NCBI GenBank assembly: GCA_036338695.1
Contig: JAYZBQ010000048.1
Location: forward strand, 288,001-352,000
DNA: 64,000 bases
Direction of reading: 5' to 3'
From: Myxococcota bacterium
Lineage (GTDB): Bacteria > Myxococcota > UBA4151
A model generated the notes under the pieces. It saw nothing but the letters and a program-made list of their open reading frames with translations. It did no database searches and was not told the origin of the DNA. Below, piece by piece: positions 49,869 to 59,088 of the stretch. The stretch's first letter is position 1. The number at the start of each line of letters is the position of its first letter. A program made the translations under genes and the position numbers.

Positions 49869-52349
49869 TTGCTCCTGACCATCGCCTTGGTCCTGGCTTC
49901 GCCGAGCGTGGATTGGCGTTTGAAGGCGGCGGCGCACGACCCCATCGTCGCTGAGCTGCTCGGGTTAGACCCGCGACGCCTTCCGGTCTGGGTCGAGCTC
50001 GAGCGCGCCGATCGATCACTCTGGCGCGCCTTGCGCAAAAACGGCTTACGCGGCGGGGTTGAGGCGATGCCGCTCGTCGGTCCCTTCGCCAGCGGCTGGG
50101 TCGCCGCAGACGACCTCGACCGGCTAGCAAGCAGCCCGGGTCTGGTCCGGCTCGAGACCTACACGCCGGCTCAAATTCACGCGCCGCTGTACCGAACGAA
50201 CGAACACCTTCGGGCGCGCCGAAGCGCCAACTTGTATGCGCCCGATCGCAACCTCCACGGTCAAGGCGTGCGCGTCGTCAACATCGACGTCGGGCTCGAC
50301 TATCACCACCCTGCGTTTTTCGAGACCGGTGAGCCGATCGGTTTTCTTGACGTCGATCAATCGGGCGACCTGAGCCCGGGCGACGGTGTTGATCTCAATG
50401 ACAATGGCGTGGTCGACGACAACGAGCACCTTCGCGTCCTGCACAGCAAAATCCATGACTGGCGAGCCGGGCTCATCGAGGGCTCCGAGCTCGACCGGCT
50501 CGAGCCCGACCTCGACTGGTTGTTCATCGACGTCAACGGCAACGGACGGCGCGACTTTGACGCAGACGCGCGGCCTGAAGGTGAGGCGACCGATGCGCTC
50601 GGCGAGCCCCTCTTTGCGATGCTCGATCGAGACGGCGACGGTCAATTCTCGGCTCGAGACCGACTGATCCCGCTGCGCCGATCGCGCGTCCATGTCTATC
50701 GCAACGCAGACCGAACCTATCGCCGCGGGGTTGATCTGACGCAAGCACCTCACGACAGCGACCTCCACGGCACCGGCGTCTGGGGGATCCTCGCGGGCGG
50801 ACCCACACATCATCGCTTCGCCGGTATCGCGCCTCGAGCGACGATCCTGCATTTTCACCGAAACCGATACAACTTGGTGGACGCGATCCACTTTGCGGTC
50901 GCCGAGAAGGCGCATCTAGTCCTGCACGAATATGGCGCCTGGGTGCATCAATATGGCGACGGCTCCTCGATCGTTGAGCGCTTGGTCGGTCACAGCCAGA
51001 CCTTGGGTATCCCGCACGTCCTCCCAGCAGGTAACCTCGCAAGCTCACGCCGCTCTGCACGCTTCACCCTCGCCGCCGGCGAGACCAAGACGCTGACTCT
51101 GTTCTTACCGAGGCGCCAGATTCAGGTCCTTTATGGCTCGGTGATCTGGACCGGCTCGGAGTCCGTCCAGGCCTTCGTGACCCCGCGTAACGGGCGTGAA
51201 GAGCGCCTGCCGACTGCTGCGCTGCAGGCTCAAGATTTCGACGACCCAAGCCGGCGCATCAGCGCAGAACAACGCACCAACGAGCGAGGGACGCACAAAC
51301 TCGACTGGGTGCTGTGGGGTTGGCAAGGTCGCCTGGCTCAGCTCCCTGACCGCGCCTGGACGATGCGGCTGGTCAACCCGTCCGACGAACCCGCAGAGCT
51401 CCTCTTGCGCATCGGCGACAACAAAACATCGTGGACCGGTGGCGCGCATTTTCGTGGCGAGGGCTTCTCGACCAAAACCAGCTCTGCGACCTGGCCTTCG
51501 ACCGCAACGGGCGATGCAGGCCACGGCGTCTCGGTCTTCGCCTTCACCGGGCGCGCCGATCGAGCAGGAGGGCTCGAGAGCGAAGCGACCGGCGACTTGC
51601 GCAGTTACTCTGGGCATGGGCCGCGCAGCGACGGACGAGCCCTCAACGGTCTAGCCGCTCCCGATAACCCCTCAACCACCTGGCCCTCATCGGCCAACCA
51701 GGTCGGGCATGCAGGCTACGGCAGCTTCAACGGCACCTCAGGCGCCGGACCGCACGTGGCAGGTGCGATCGCGCTCTTGGTCCAAGCGGGGTTGAGCGCC
51801 AACCAGGCGCTCGCGCAGCTGATCGAACACGCCGCACAGGACGAACAGACCGAAGCCGGGCCTGAGGGCGCCTGGGGGGCGGGCAAGGTCCGACTTGACC
51901 GAGCGATCGGGCGGACGCTTCCGGCGCTCAGCGGCGATTTCAGCGCGCCGGTACCGGGCGAGCCGGCCCCCTCCGCCCTCGTAGAAGCCCCCGCTGACGG
52001 CGTTCAACGTCTGCGGTTGACCTCCAGCCAGCCGTGGATCGATTGGCGGACTCAGCCCTTTCTCGTCGCCGGCGGTGATGAACCCGTTGAGGTCGAATGG
52101 ATTAGCCACGAGGGGCGACGAGGGCGCTACCTCGTCGACCTCACCGCCCCAGCGCAAGCCAGCGAGCCCGGTGCGCTGCCGGGACCACTCGGTCGAGCCG
52201 TCCAGCCCACGACGAGCCAGCCGCCATCCACGCCCCTGACACCACCCACCGAACCGCTCGCCGGCGCACCGCCCCCCTCGGGCTGCTCGGGGGTTCACCC
52301 TAGCCTGTGGCTCCTGCTTGCGCTCGGCGGGGCGAGGCGGCGGCGATGA
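49869..52349 (+). CDS. S8 subtilase with Dx[DN]xDG Ca-binding insert and MYXO-CTERM-like C-terminal sorting signal
   Basis: Catalytic triad VVNIDVG / HGTGVWG / GTSGAGPHVAG, PAGN, C-terminal SGCS...LWLLLALGGARRRR. Confidence 0.85.
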   Translation: MLLTIALVLASPSVDWRLKAAAHDPIVAELLGLDPRRLPVWVELERADRSLWRALRKNGLRGGVEAMPLVGPFASGWVAADDLDRLASSPGLVRLETYTPAQIHAPLYRTNEHLRARRSANLYAPDRNLHGQGVRVVNIDVGLDYHHPAFFETGEPIGFLDVDQSGDLSPGDGVDLNDNGVVDDNEHLRVLHSKIHDWRAGLIEGSELDRLEPDLDWLFIDVNGNGRRDFDADARPEGEATDALGEPLFAMLDRDGDGQFSARDRLIPLRRSRVHVYRNADRTYRRGVDLTQAPHDSDLHGTGVWGILAGGPTHHRFAGIAPRATILHFHRNRYNLVDAIHFAVAEKAHLVLHEYGAWVHQYGDGSSIVERLVGHSQTLGIPHVLPAGNLASSRRSARFTLAAGETKTLTLFLPRRQIQVLYGSVIWTGSESVQAFVTPRNGREERLPTAALQAQDFDDPSRRISAEQRTNERGTHKLDWVLWGWQGRLAQLPDRAWTMRLVNPSDEPAELLLRIGDNKTSWTGGAHFRGEGFSTKTSSATWPSTATGDAGHGVSVFAFTGRADRAGGLESEATGDLRSYSGHGPRSDGRALNGLAAPDNPSTTWPSSANQVGHAGYGSFNGTSGAGPHVAGAIALLVQAGLSANQALAQLIEHAAQDEQTEAGPEGAWGAGKVRLDRAIGRTLPALSGDFSAPVPGEPAPSALVEAPADGVQRLRLTSSQPWIDWRTQPFLVAGGDEPVEVEWISHEGRRGRYLVDLTAPAQASEPGALPGPLGRAVQPTTSQPPSTPLTPPTEPLAGAPPPSGCSGVHPSLWLLLALGGARRRR

Positions 52350-53632
52350 ACACGATCGTCGCTTGCGCAACGGGCGCCGACCCGGCCGCGCTTGCGGTCC
52401 TTCGGCTCAGTGGTCCGAGCGCGCTGGTGATCGGTCGTGCGCTGTGTGGTGATCGGTCGCTGCGCCGTGATCGTCTGATGGAGCTGGTCCAACTCAAAGA
52501 CGCACGCGGCGTCATCGACCGCTGCCTCGCCGTCGCCTTCTTTGCGCCGCGAAGTTTTACCGGCGAAGACGTCGTCGAGTTCCACCTCCACGGCGGTCCT
52601 GGGCTGATTCAAGCGGCGATTGAAGCCTGCGTACGTCAAGGTGCGCGGCGCGCCGAGCCGGGCGAGTTCACCCGGCGCGCCTACCTCTCCGGTAAGCTCG
52701 ATTTAGTCGAAGCCGAAGCGATCGCTGCGCGGGTCCAAGCCGCAAGCGAGCGAGCAGCCCGCTTATCCGAAGCCGGCGTCGCGGGACGACTCAGTCATTT
52801 TGCCCGAGCCATGGAGCGGACCCTGACCGAGCAGCGGGCTCACGTTGAGGGCTGGCTCGACTTTGACCCCGAAGAGCTTGGCGACAACGACCGAAAACCG
52901 CTCATCCAGGCGATGCGCGCAGCCAGCGACCGGCTCGAGCGAGCCGCTCAGACGGGCGCCCGATCGCTGCCCCTGTTTGAGAACCCCATCGTCTTACTCG
53001 CCGGTCCCGTCAACGCAGGCAAATCAAGCCTGTTTAATGCGCTCGTCGGTGATGAACGGGCGCTGGTTAGCGACCAAGCCGGCACCACCCGAGACTGGAT
53101 CGAGGTGGAGCTCACCTTGCCGGCGGGGCGGATCCGCCTGCGCGACTCGGCGGGTCTGCGAGAGGCCGCGGATCAAGTCGAAGCCGCTGGGATCCGTCGG
53201 GCGCAAGCCTTACAGCAGCAAGCTGACCTGATTTTGTGGTGTGCGCCAGCAGGTCAAGCGGCGAACGCTCCAGCGGGCGCGGTCCTGCTTAACACCAAGT
53301 GCGATGTAGGCCGAGGGCCTGGTTTTGCGGTCTCGGCACACAGCGGCGAGGGGATCGAGGCGCTCCTTGCGACGCTCGACGAGCGGCTGTTCGGTGGGGC
53401 GATCGCCGACTCCGAGACCGGCGTCGCGACCTCACGTAGGCAGGTCGAACACTTAGCCAGCGCAGCGAGCCACGCTGCAGGCGCAGCGCAGCAGCTCACG
53501 GAGGATCAGCCCGAGCTCGCCGCAGCCGACCTGCGCGCCGCCTGCGATGAGCTCACCGCGCTCACGGGGACGCAAGAGCCGGACGAGCTCATGCTCGATG
53601 CGCTCTTTGGTCAGTTTTGCCTGGGTAAGTAG
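52346..53632 (+). CDS. mnmE: tRNA modification GTPase MnmE
   Basis: SFTGEDVVEFHLHGG, AEPGEFTRRA, GPVNAGKSS, GTTRD, DSAG, TKCD, C-terminal FCLGK. Confidence 0.96.
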   Translation: MNTIVACATGADPAALAVLRLSGPSALVIGRALCGDRSLRRDRLMELVQLKDARGVIDRCLAVAFFAPRSFTGEDVVEFHLHGGPGLIQAAIEACVRQGARRAEPGEFTRRAYLSGKLDLVEAEAIAARVQAASERAARLSEAGVAGRLSHFARAMERTLTEQRAHVEGWLDFDPEELGDNDRKPLIQAMRAASDRLERAAQTGARSLPLFENPIVLLAGPVNAGKSSLFNALVGDERALVSDQAGTTRDWIEVELTLPAGRIRLRDSAGLREAADQVEAAGIRRAQALQQQADLILWCAPAGQAANAPAGAVLLNTKCDVGRGPGFAVSAHSGEGIEALLATLDERLFGGAIADSETGVATSRRQVEHLASAASHAAGAAQQLTEDQPELAAADLRAACDELTALTGTQEPDELMLDALFGQFCLGK

Positions 53633-53633
53633 G

Positions 53634-54575
53634 CTAGCCGCGCCCGGTGCTTTCGAGCCATCGCTCGGCATCGATCGCCGCCATGCACCCCGTCCCAGCC
53701 GCGGTGATCGCCTGACGGTAGACGTGATCGGTTGCGTCGCCGCATACGAACACGCCCTCGTGGATCGTCTTTGAGCTGTCCGGCTGATGGTCTAGGTAGC
53801 CGGCCTCGTCTTTCGGCAGCGCATCGCCGGTCCACGCGGTGTTCGGCGTGTGCCCAATTGCGATGAATAAGCCCTCACAGGCGAACTCCTCACGATCCCC
53901 GGTCTGCGTATCTTCAACGACGATCCCCTTGAGGCCGCCTTCGGAGACTTCGCCGAGGCAATCGACGACGACCTTGTTCCAGTGCATCGTGATCTTCTCG
54001 TTACTCAGCACCCGCTCCTGCATGGGCTTCGAGGCGCGCAGGCTGTCGCGCCGGTGCATCACGTGCACCTCGCTGGCAAAGCGGGTCAGGAAAGACGCCT
54101 CTTCCATGGCGGTGTCGCCGCCGCCGACGACCACCACCTTGGCGTTGCGAAAGAACGCGCCGTCACAGGTTGCGCAGGCTGAGACGCCATACCCCATCAG
54201 CTTGCTCTCATTCTCGAGGCCGAGCAGGCGTGCGGACGCGCCGGAGGCGATGATCAAGGCGTCGCACGTCGCGCTCGAGCCGTCACTGAAGTGGAGCTTC
54301 TTGGGGTGGCTCTCGAGCTCACACGAGGCGACCTCGGCAAACTCGAAGGTGGTTCCAAAGCGCTCCGCCTGCTTACGGAACCGATCCATCAGCTCAGGCC
54401 CCATGACCCCTTCGGGAAAACCGGGGTAGTTCTCGACATCCGTGGTGATGGTCAGCTGACCACCAGGCTGCATCCCGTCCAAGACATGCGGCGCGAGGTT
54501 GGCGCGAGAAGCGTAAAGTGCGGCTGTCAAACCAGCAGGGCCTGACCCAACGATGATGACCTTGTGATGCGTCAT
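53634..54575 (-). CDS. trxB: Thioredoxin reductase
   Basis: GSGPAG, GGQL, CATCDG, GGGDTAMEEA, YRQAITAAGTG. Confidence 0.97.
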   Translation of the reverse strand: MTHHKVIIVGSGPAGLTAALYASRANLAPHVLDGMQPGGQLTITTDVENYPGFPEGVMGPELMDRFRKQAERFGTTFEFAEVASCELESHPKKLHFSDGSSATCDALIIASGASARLLGLENESKLMGYGVSACATCDGAFFRNAKVVVVGGGDTAMEEASFLTRFASEVHVMHRRDSLRASKPMQERVLSNEKITMHWNKVVVDCLGEVSEGGLKGIVVEDTQTGDREEFACEGLFIAIGHTPNTAWTGDALPKDEAGYLDHQPDSSKTIHEGVFVCGDATDHVYRQAITAAGTGCMAAIDAERWLESTGRG

Positions 54576-54616
54576 GGAGCTGTCCTCTTTGGAAGGGGGT
54601 TTCTAAACAAATATAA

Positions 54617-55438
54617 TCAGTGAAGCGCGTCGCGGAAGTGATCAATCGCACCCGCGACCATCGCCATCCCAAAAGCTGCCGTCACGAACCCGACCGAGCC
54701 GAGCACGACGTTGCGATGATCGCAGGTGTGGAGGTCACGAAACGCACCGTCCGGTGCCGGGCAGACGCAGACGTCATCAAACGGCGTCTCGGTGCTTTGA
54801 GGTTCGTTCGGGCTCTCCGTCGAGTAGACGCATGAGATGCCCGACTCAATCCCATAAAGCTTACGCAAAATTTTTCGGATCGAGCGCGCCATCGGGTCCG
54901 TGTGGGTCTCAGACAGGTCAGCCTTTCGGACCTGCGTTGGGTCTAGACGAGCCGCCGCGCCCATGCTTGAAATCACTGGTATTTCACGTTGTTTACACTG
55001 CGCAAGAAGGTGGCACTTGGCGGTCAGGTTATCGATCGCATCAAGGATCAAGTCGGGCTTAAGGTCGAGCAGATCAGCGCTTGATTCCTCGTTGTAGAAT
55101 CGTATCTGAGCGTCGATTTGAGCGATCGGGTTGATCGCCAGTAAGCGCTCGGCCATCACCGACGCCTTGTGTTTGCCGATCGTCCCTTTTCGGGCGTGAA
55201 GTTGACGGTTCGTATTGGTCACGCAGACCTTGTCAAAATCGACCAGGCTGACTCGGCCGACCCCCGTGCGAACCAGCATCTCGGCAGCCCAAGAACCGAC
55301 CCCGCCCAAGCCGATGACCATGACATGCTTCGTCTTGAGCTGTTCGACGAGGGGTGAACCGAGCAAGCGCTCGCCCCGATGAAAACGAAGCTGCTCCGTC
55401 GCCTTGCGCTTTACGCTGGTCTCGACCTCGATCATCAC
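54617..55438 (-). CDS. tcdA: tRNA threonylcarbamoyladenosine dehydratase (ThiF/E1-like)
   Basis: GLGGVGSW, DFDKVCVTNTNRQ, DAID, SMGAA, DPMA...RK.LRK, VYSTE. Confidence 0.88.
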   Translation of the reverse strand: MMIEVETSVKRKATEQLRFHRGERLLGSPLVEQLKTKHVMVIGLGGVGSWAAEMLVRTGVGRVSLVDFDKVCVTNTNRQLHARKGTIGKHKASVMAERLLAINPIAQIDAQIRFYNEESSADLLDLKPDLILDAIDNLTAKCHLLAQCKQREIPVISSMGAAARLDPTQVRKADLSETHTDPMARSIRKILRKLYGIESGISCVYSTESPNEPQSTETPFDDVCVCPAPDGAFRDLHTCDHRNVVLGSVGFVTAAFGMAMVAGAIDHFRDALH

Positions 55439-56112
55439 GCCCCCTTTAGAAACCGCCGGTAGTTGTCAGAAATGAGCGCCTTGATCGAGCCCGAAGCGCG
55501 CTTCTTGGCGCGCGCCGCCGCGTCGTAGAGCGCAGGCAGTGTATCCCACGGCCGTTGACCCTCATGCTCCGCATCCGACTCGAGCAACAACAAGTGATCC
55601 GGGACAGCGCTGAGCAATCGCAGGTCCTCACCGACCTTCGGCCCGACCGAGATGTACACGCCGGCCTTCCACCACGCCTCAAAGCGTGACGGTCGACCGC
55701 TGCAGCGGTGCAACATGACGCTGCTGGTGTGCCTACGCAGTGACGCCAGCAACGCGCCCCCGTCGCCGACGAGGTGGACGATCAGCGGGAGCCGCTCGCG
55801 GCGACCGAGCTGCAGCTGTGCGGCGAGGACCTCGAGCTGATCCGGACCAGCCTGACGATCCACACCGAGCTCACCGAGTGCGCTCGGGCGATCGGTCGCG
55901 ATCGCCCGCTCGAGTCGATCGACCCAGCCCGGCGAAGGGTCGTAGAGCGGGTGCTGACCGTAGGCATAGTCGAGTTCCTCGAGCCCTTGAGGCGGAGCAA
56001 AGGGCTCACACACCCCGGGGATCAAGGCGGTCTCGAGGCCGACCTCGCGGAGCCGCGCCAGCGCGGAGATAGGATCATCAAACCGATCCAAGTGAAGATG
56101 CGCGTCGATCAA
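55435..56112 (-). CDS. tatD: TatD family hydrolase
   Basis: IDAHLHL, GQHP, GELGVD, LIVH, MLH, LLESD. Confidence 0.85.
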   Translation of the reverse strand: MIDAHLHLDRFDDPISALARLREVGLETALIPGVCEPFAPPQGLEELDYAYGQHPLYDPSPGWVDRLERAIATDRPSALGELGVDRQAGPDQLEVLAAQLQLGRRERLPLIVHLVGDGGALLASLRRHTSSVMLHRCSGRPSRFEAWWKAGVYISVGPKVGEDLRLLSAVPDHLLLLESDAEHEGQRPWDTLPALYDAAARAKKRASGSIKALISDNYRRFLKGA

Positions 56113-56183
56113 TTTGCGCTTTGCGGCTCCCTTGTTCCATTGTGCCCATGCCCGCTTCGTTCGGGTGATTCAAGGAGGGCTCG

Positions 56184-56696
56184 TTGAACAAAGCGTCCAT
56201 CACCGCCGCCTTCGCCCAGCTGTTGCGCGACTTGCCTGGCGAGGCGCCAACCGGCGCCCAGCTCGACCGCTGGGCTGAGCGGCTCACCTCGGCGTGGTGC
56301 GATGAGCTGCTCGGTGGCGAGTTGCTCGACCTCGACGAGGCGCTTGGATCGCCGCTCGAGCTGACCACCAAGCGCCAAGAGATCGCCATGTCAGGGATCC
56401 GCTTCTCCCTCGTGTGTCCCCACCACCTCACGCTCGCTATCGGCGAAGCCAGCGTCTCGTACCAGCCGCGTCATCACGTCGCCGGGCCTTCAGGCTTGGT
56501 TCGGCTCATCGACGCAGCGACGCGCCGTCGCATCCTCCAAGAAGAGGCTGCAGAGATCATCGCAGACACCCTCGAGCGGGTCCTCCAGCCACACGGCCTT
56601 GAGGTCACGCTCAGCAGCGAGCAGACCTGCGTCAGCTGCCGCGGCGTGCGGCGGCAAGGGACCGCCTTCATCACCACCGTCCGGCGTGGGCTCTAG
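56184..56696 (+). CDS. folE: Divergent GTP cyclohydrolase I (FolE)-like T-fold protein
   Basis: FSLVCPHHL, YQP, LQEE, TCVSCRGV. AGGAGG before TTG. Several canonical residues are changed. Confidence 0.7.
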   Translation: MNKASITAAFAQLLRDLPGEAPTGAQLDRWAERLTSAWCDELLGGELLDLDEALGSPLELTTKRQEIAMSGIRFSLVCPHHLTLAIGEASVSYQPRHHVAGPSGLVRLIDAATRRRILQEEAAEIIADTLERVLQPHGLEVTLSSEQTCVSCRGVRRQGTAFITTVRRGL

Positions 56697-56703
56697 GGCT
56701 CGA

Positions 56704-58449
56704 CTAGTAGCTGCGCTTATAGCCGATCGTGACCCGGTCGTTGTGTCGGTAGCGACCGAACATCGACTGCGCTGACCCGCCAAAGATCTCAGCGCCGAGC
56801 ACCAACTGCTCGCGCTCGGCGTCCAGCAGCCAAGCCAGCGACGGCAGCGCAAGCCAGTCCCCATCAAATGGGTGCAGTGCGCCCGCGAGCGTGACCTCAA
56901 ACCGCTCCGCAAGGGTGCTCTTGACCCCGAGGTTAATCGTCACGAGGTGGGCGTTGTCCACGTCCAAGGGACGCTCGAGCTGCCCGGTTGCGCTCAAAAA
57001 ACCTGTATCGAGAAGCATCAAGGGTTTGTTGGGTACATCGAAGACCGCAAAATCGGAGACCCCGAGCACGGCGACAAGCCCGGGCGGGCTTTGATACTCG
57101 ACCTGAAGGGCTGTGTGCAGCGTCGCTAGCCCGGGGATGGGCTGCATCATCAGATCAAAAAGCGTCCGCCCGCCCATAAAACGTGGCGTCCATGCGCTCT
57201 CAAGGGCGAGGACATAAGGCCCAAAGGATCGACGCGCCTGAACGCCGAGCTGTGCGAGTCGATGGAACGTACTCGTCAAGAGCGAGGAGCCGTCGTTCTG
57301 CGCGCGAGCCTGCATCAGCTTGCCTTGGAATCGCTCCAGCGCCTCGAGCCGCTCCGGGGTCAACTGCTCGATCAACGGCGTCTCGCCCATCATCGTGATC
57401 AAGCTCAACACAGCCGCTAAGTCCGGGTCCATCTTGAACTCAGGGAAGGTGTCAAAGCCATAAAATCCCCACAGCGCCACCTCGGCGCCCTGGACGCGTC
57501 CACGCAGCCGCACCGAGCCAGAGAAGTCCTCGGGCGTGAGCTCGGGTTGAGCAAAGTAAAGCAGGTTGCTCTGCCACTGATCCTCGACGCTCCGGTCAAA
57601 GAGCCAGGCGATATCGCCAATCGGCAAGCTCGCAGGCGCGTCGGGGCTGGCGGTCCCCCAGTCGTTCCCCCACAAGCGCATCTCCAAAGGCCGATGGCGC
57701 GGCACAAAGGCAAAATCGAGATGAAGGTCATGCGTATAGCTCAGCGTGTGCCGAGCAGCGATGGCTTCGACCGGAAGGCTCATATCTTCGGCTTCGCCCG
57801 CCAGCCCAAAGCGCAGGTCACGCGGCGCAAACATCACCGACGGGCCCATCCCATCCGTGAAGCTCCAGTCTACCTTCTGAAGCCCGAACTGCAGGACGGT
57901 GTCGGCGCCGACGCGGCGGTCGTAACGCAGTTCGGTCAGCTCCGTCAGAAGCGCTGTTTTCGCTGCCCCGCCCTCATCCGGGTGATCCCACCCTCCCCAA
58001 AGGCGCAAGCGCGCTCCGACACGCCAGCTCCTACCCGGCGCGCCCCGATGAATAAGCTGCAAACGCAAGGTAGACCACGCCTCGAGCACGTCTTCAGGTG
58101 AGCCGACGCTCGCCTCTTGATGTGTGGTGTCCACAGCCGCCGAGGTCTCCGACCGAGTGCGCACGATGGTCGAGGGTTTGAAGGCGGGCGGCGGGAGCCG
58201 AAACGTCGAGGGTTTGTCTTGGGTTGGCTCTTCCTCAAGGACGATCTCTTCGCTCTCAGCCGATGCCGAGCTGGCTGCCGGCTCCTCATCGAGTACGATC
58301 TCGTCGTCCTCATCGAGCCCGGCCGCTTCCGTCGCCTTTTGGTTGATGGGCTCCCCCTGAGCCGCACCGCTCTGACCGACATCGGCCGCCGGCGAGGCGC
58401 TGCTCGCTGCGCTTGCGACCCACCACATCGCCCACCCGATCCAATTCAT
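56704..58449 (-). CDS. Putative outer-membrane beta-barrel protein (DUF1302-like)
   Basis: Signal-like N-terminus, acidic linker, ELRYD...GLQKVDW, terminal FGRY..NDRVTIGYKRSY. Confidence 0.65.
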   Translation of the reverse strand: MNWIGWAMWWVASAASSASPAADVGQSGAAQGEPINQKATEAAGLDEDDEIVLDEEPAASSASAESEEIVLEEEPTQDKPSTFRLPPPAFKPSTIVRTRSETSAAVDTTHQEASVGSPEDVLEAWSTLRLQLIHRGAPGRSWRVGARLRLWGGWDHPDEGGAAKTALLTELTELRYDRRVGADTVLQFGLQKVDWSFTDGMGPSVMFAPRDLRFGLAGEAEDMSLPVEAIAARHTLSYTHDLHLDFAFVPRHRPLEMRLWGNDWGTASPDAPASLPIGDIAWLFDRSVEDQWQSNLLYFAQPELTPEDFSGSVRLRGRVQGAEVALWGFYGFDTFPEFKMDPDLAAVLSLITMMGETPLIEQLTPERLEALERFQGKLMQARAQNDGSSLLTSTFHRLAQLGVQARRSFGPYVLALESAWTPRFMGGRTLFDLMMQPIPGLATLHTALQVEYQSPPGLVAVLGVSDFAVFDVPNKPLMLLDTGFLSATGQLERPLDVDNAHLVTINLGVKSTLAERFEVTLAGALHPFDGDWLALPSLAWLLDAEREQLVLGAEIFGGSAQSMFGRYRHNDRVTIGYKRSY

Positions 58450-58573
58450 CGACCGACTCCTCGTGATGATCTCGTCACCATCTGCCTCTCCTTTAGGTCA
58501 AAACGAGCGACCTCACCAACCCGCACACTGCGTGTCAGACCTCCCCTTTAGACTGAGCGCAGGGAGATGCCTT

Positions 58574-59056
58574 ATGACTCTGATCCTCGACCCAGTCGCC
58601 AGCTTGAAGCGCCAAACGCTCGTGTTCCGAAATGAAGCGCGTCCTGAGCGAGAAATTGCGCCTCACCTTGGCCGCGCGCTGCCAACAGGTGGGTACTTGT
58701 TCAACGCCAAAGTTCAAGAGCGCCTAGCTCAGATTGCCGGGCTCACCTTCGCGCACCTGCTCCCCGCCGGCGGTTCTCCTCCGCATATCGACATGACAAC
58801 AGACCGGCAGATCATCTTGCGCGTCCAACACACTCGACCTGACGAGGCGGCGCGCGCCTGCGCTGCGACCTTGTGGCGCGCAGGGCACGCCAGCTCGACC
58901 GAAAAGAAATCGCTGGGTCAGCTCGAGGTCGTCGTCCAGCGGCTCCCCGTTCGCATCCGCTTTACGCCCAACCGAAAAGCGCTGCTGTCGTATCTTCACG
59001 GACGATTTGAAGACCAGAAGAATCAAATCAATACGCTGACGGAGCCTTGCGGTTGA
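58574..59056 (+). CDS. Hypothetical protein
   Basis: 160-aa ORF with GGGAG upstream, filling the gap before holB; no recognised motif. Confidence 0.5.
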   Translation: MTLILDPVASLKRQTLVFRNEARPEREIAPHLGRALPTGGYLFNAKVQERLAQIAGLTFAHLLPAGGSPPHIDMTTDRQIILRVQHTRPDEAARACAATLWRAGHASSTEKKSLGQLEVVVQRLPVRIRFTPNRKALLSYLHGRFEDQKNQINTLTEPCG

Positions 59057-59088
59057 CGGCTCGATGCGCATCGTGAACAACCCTGCTG

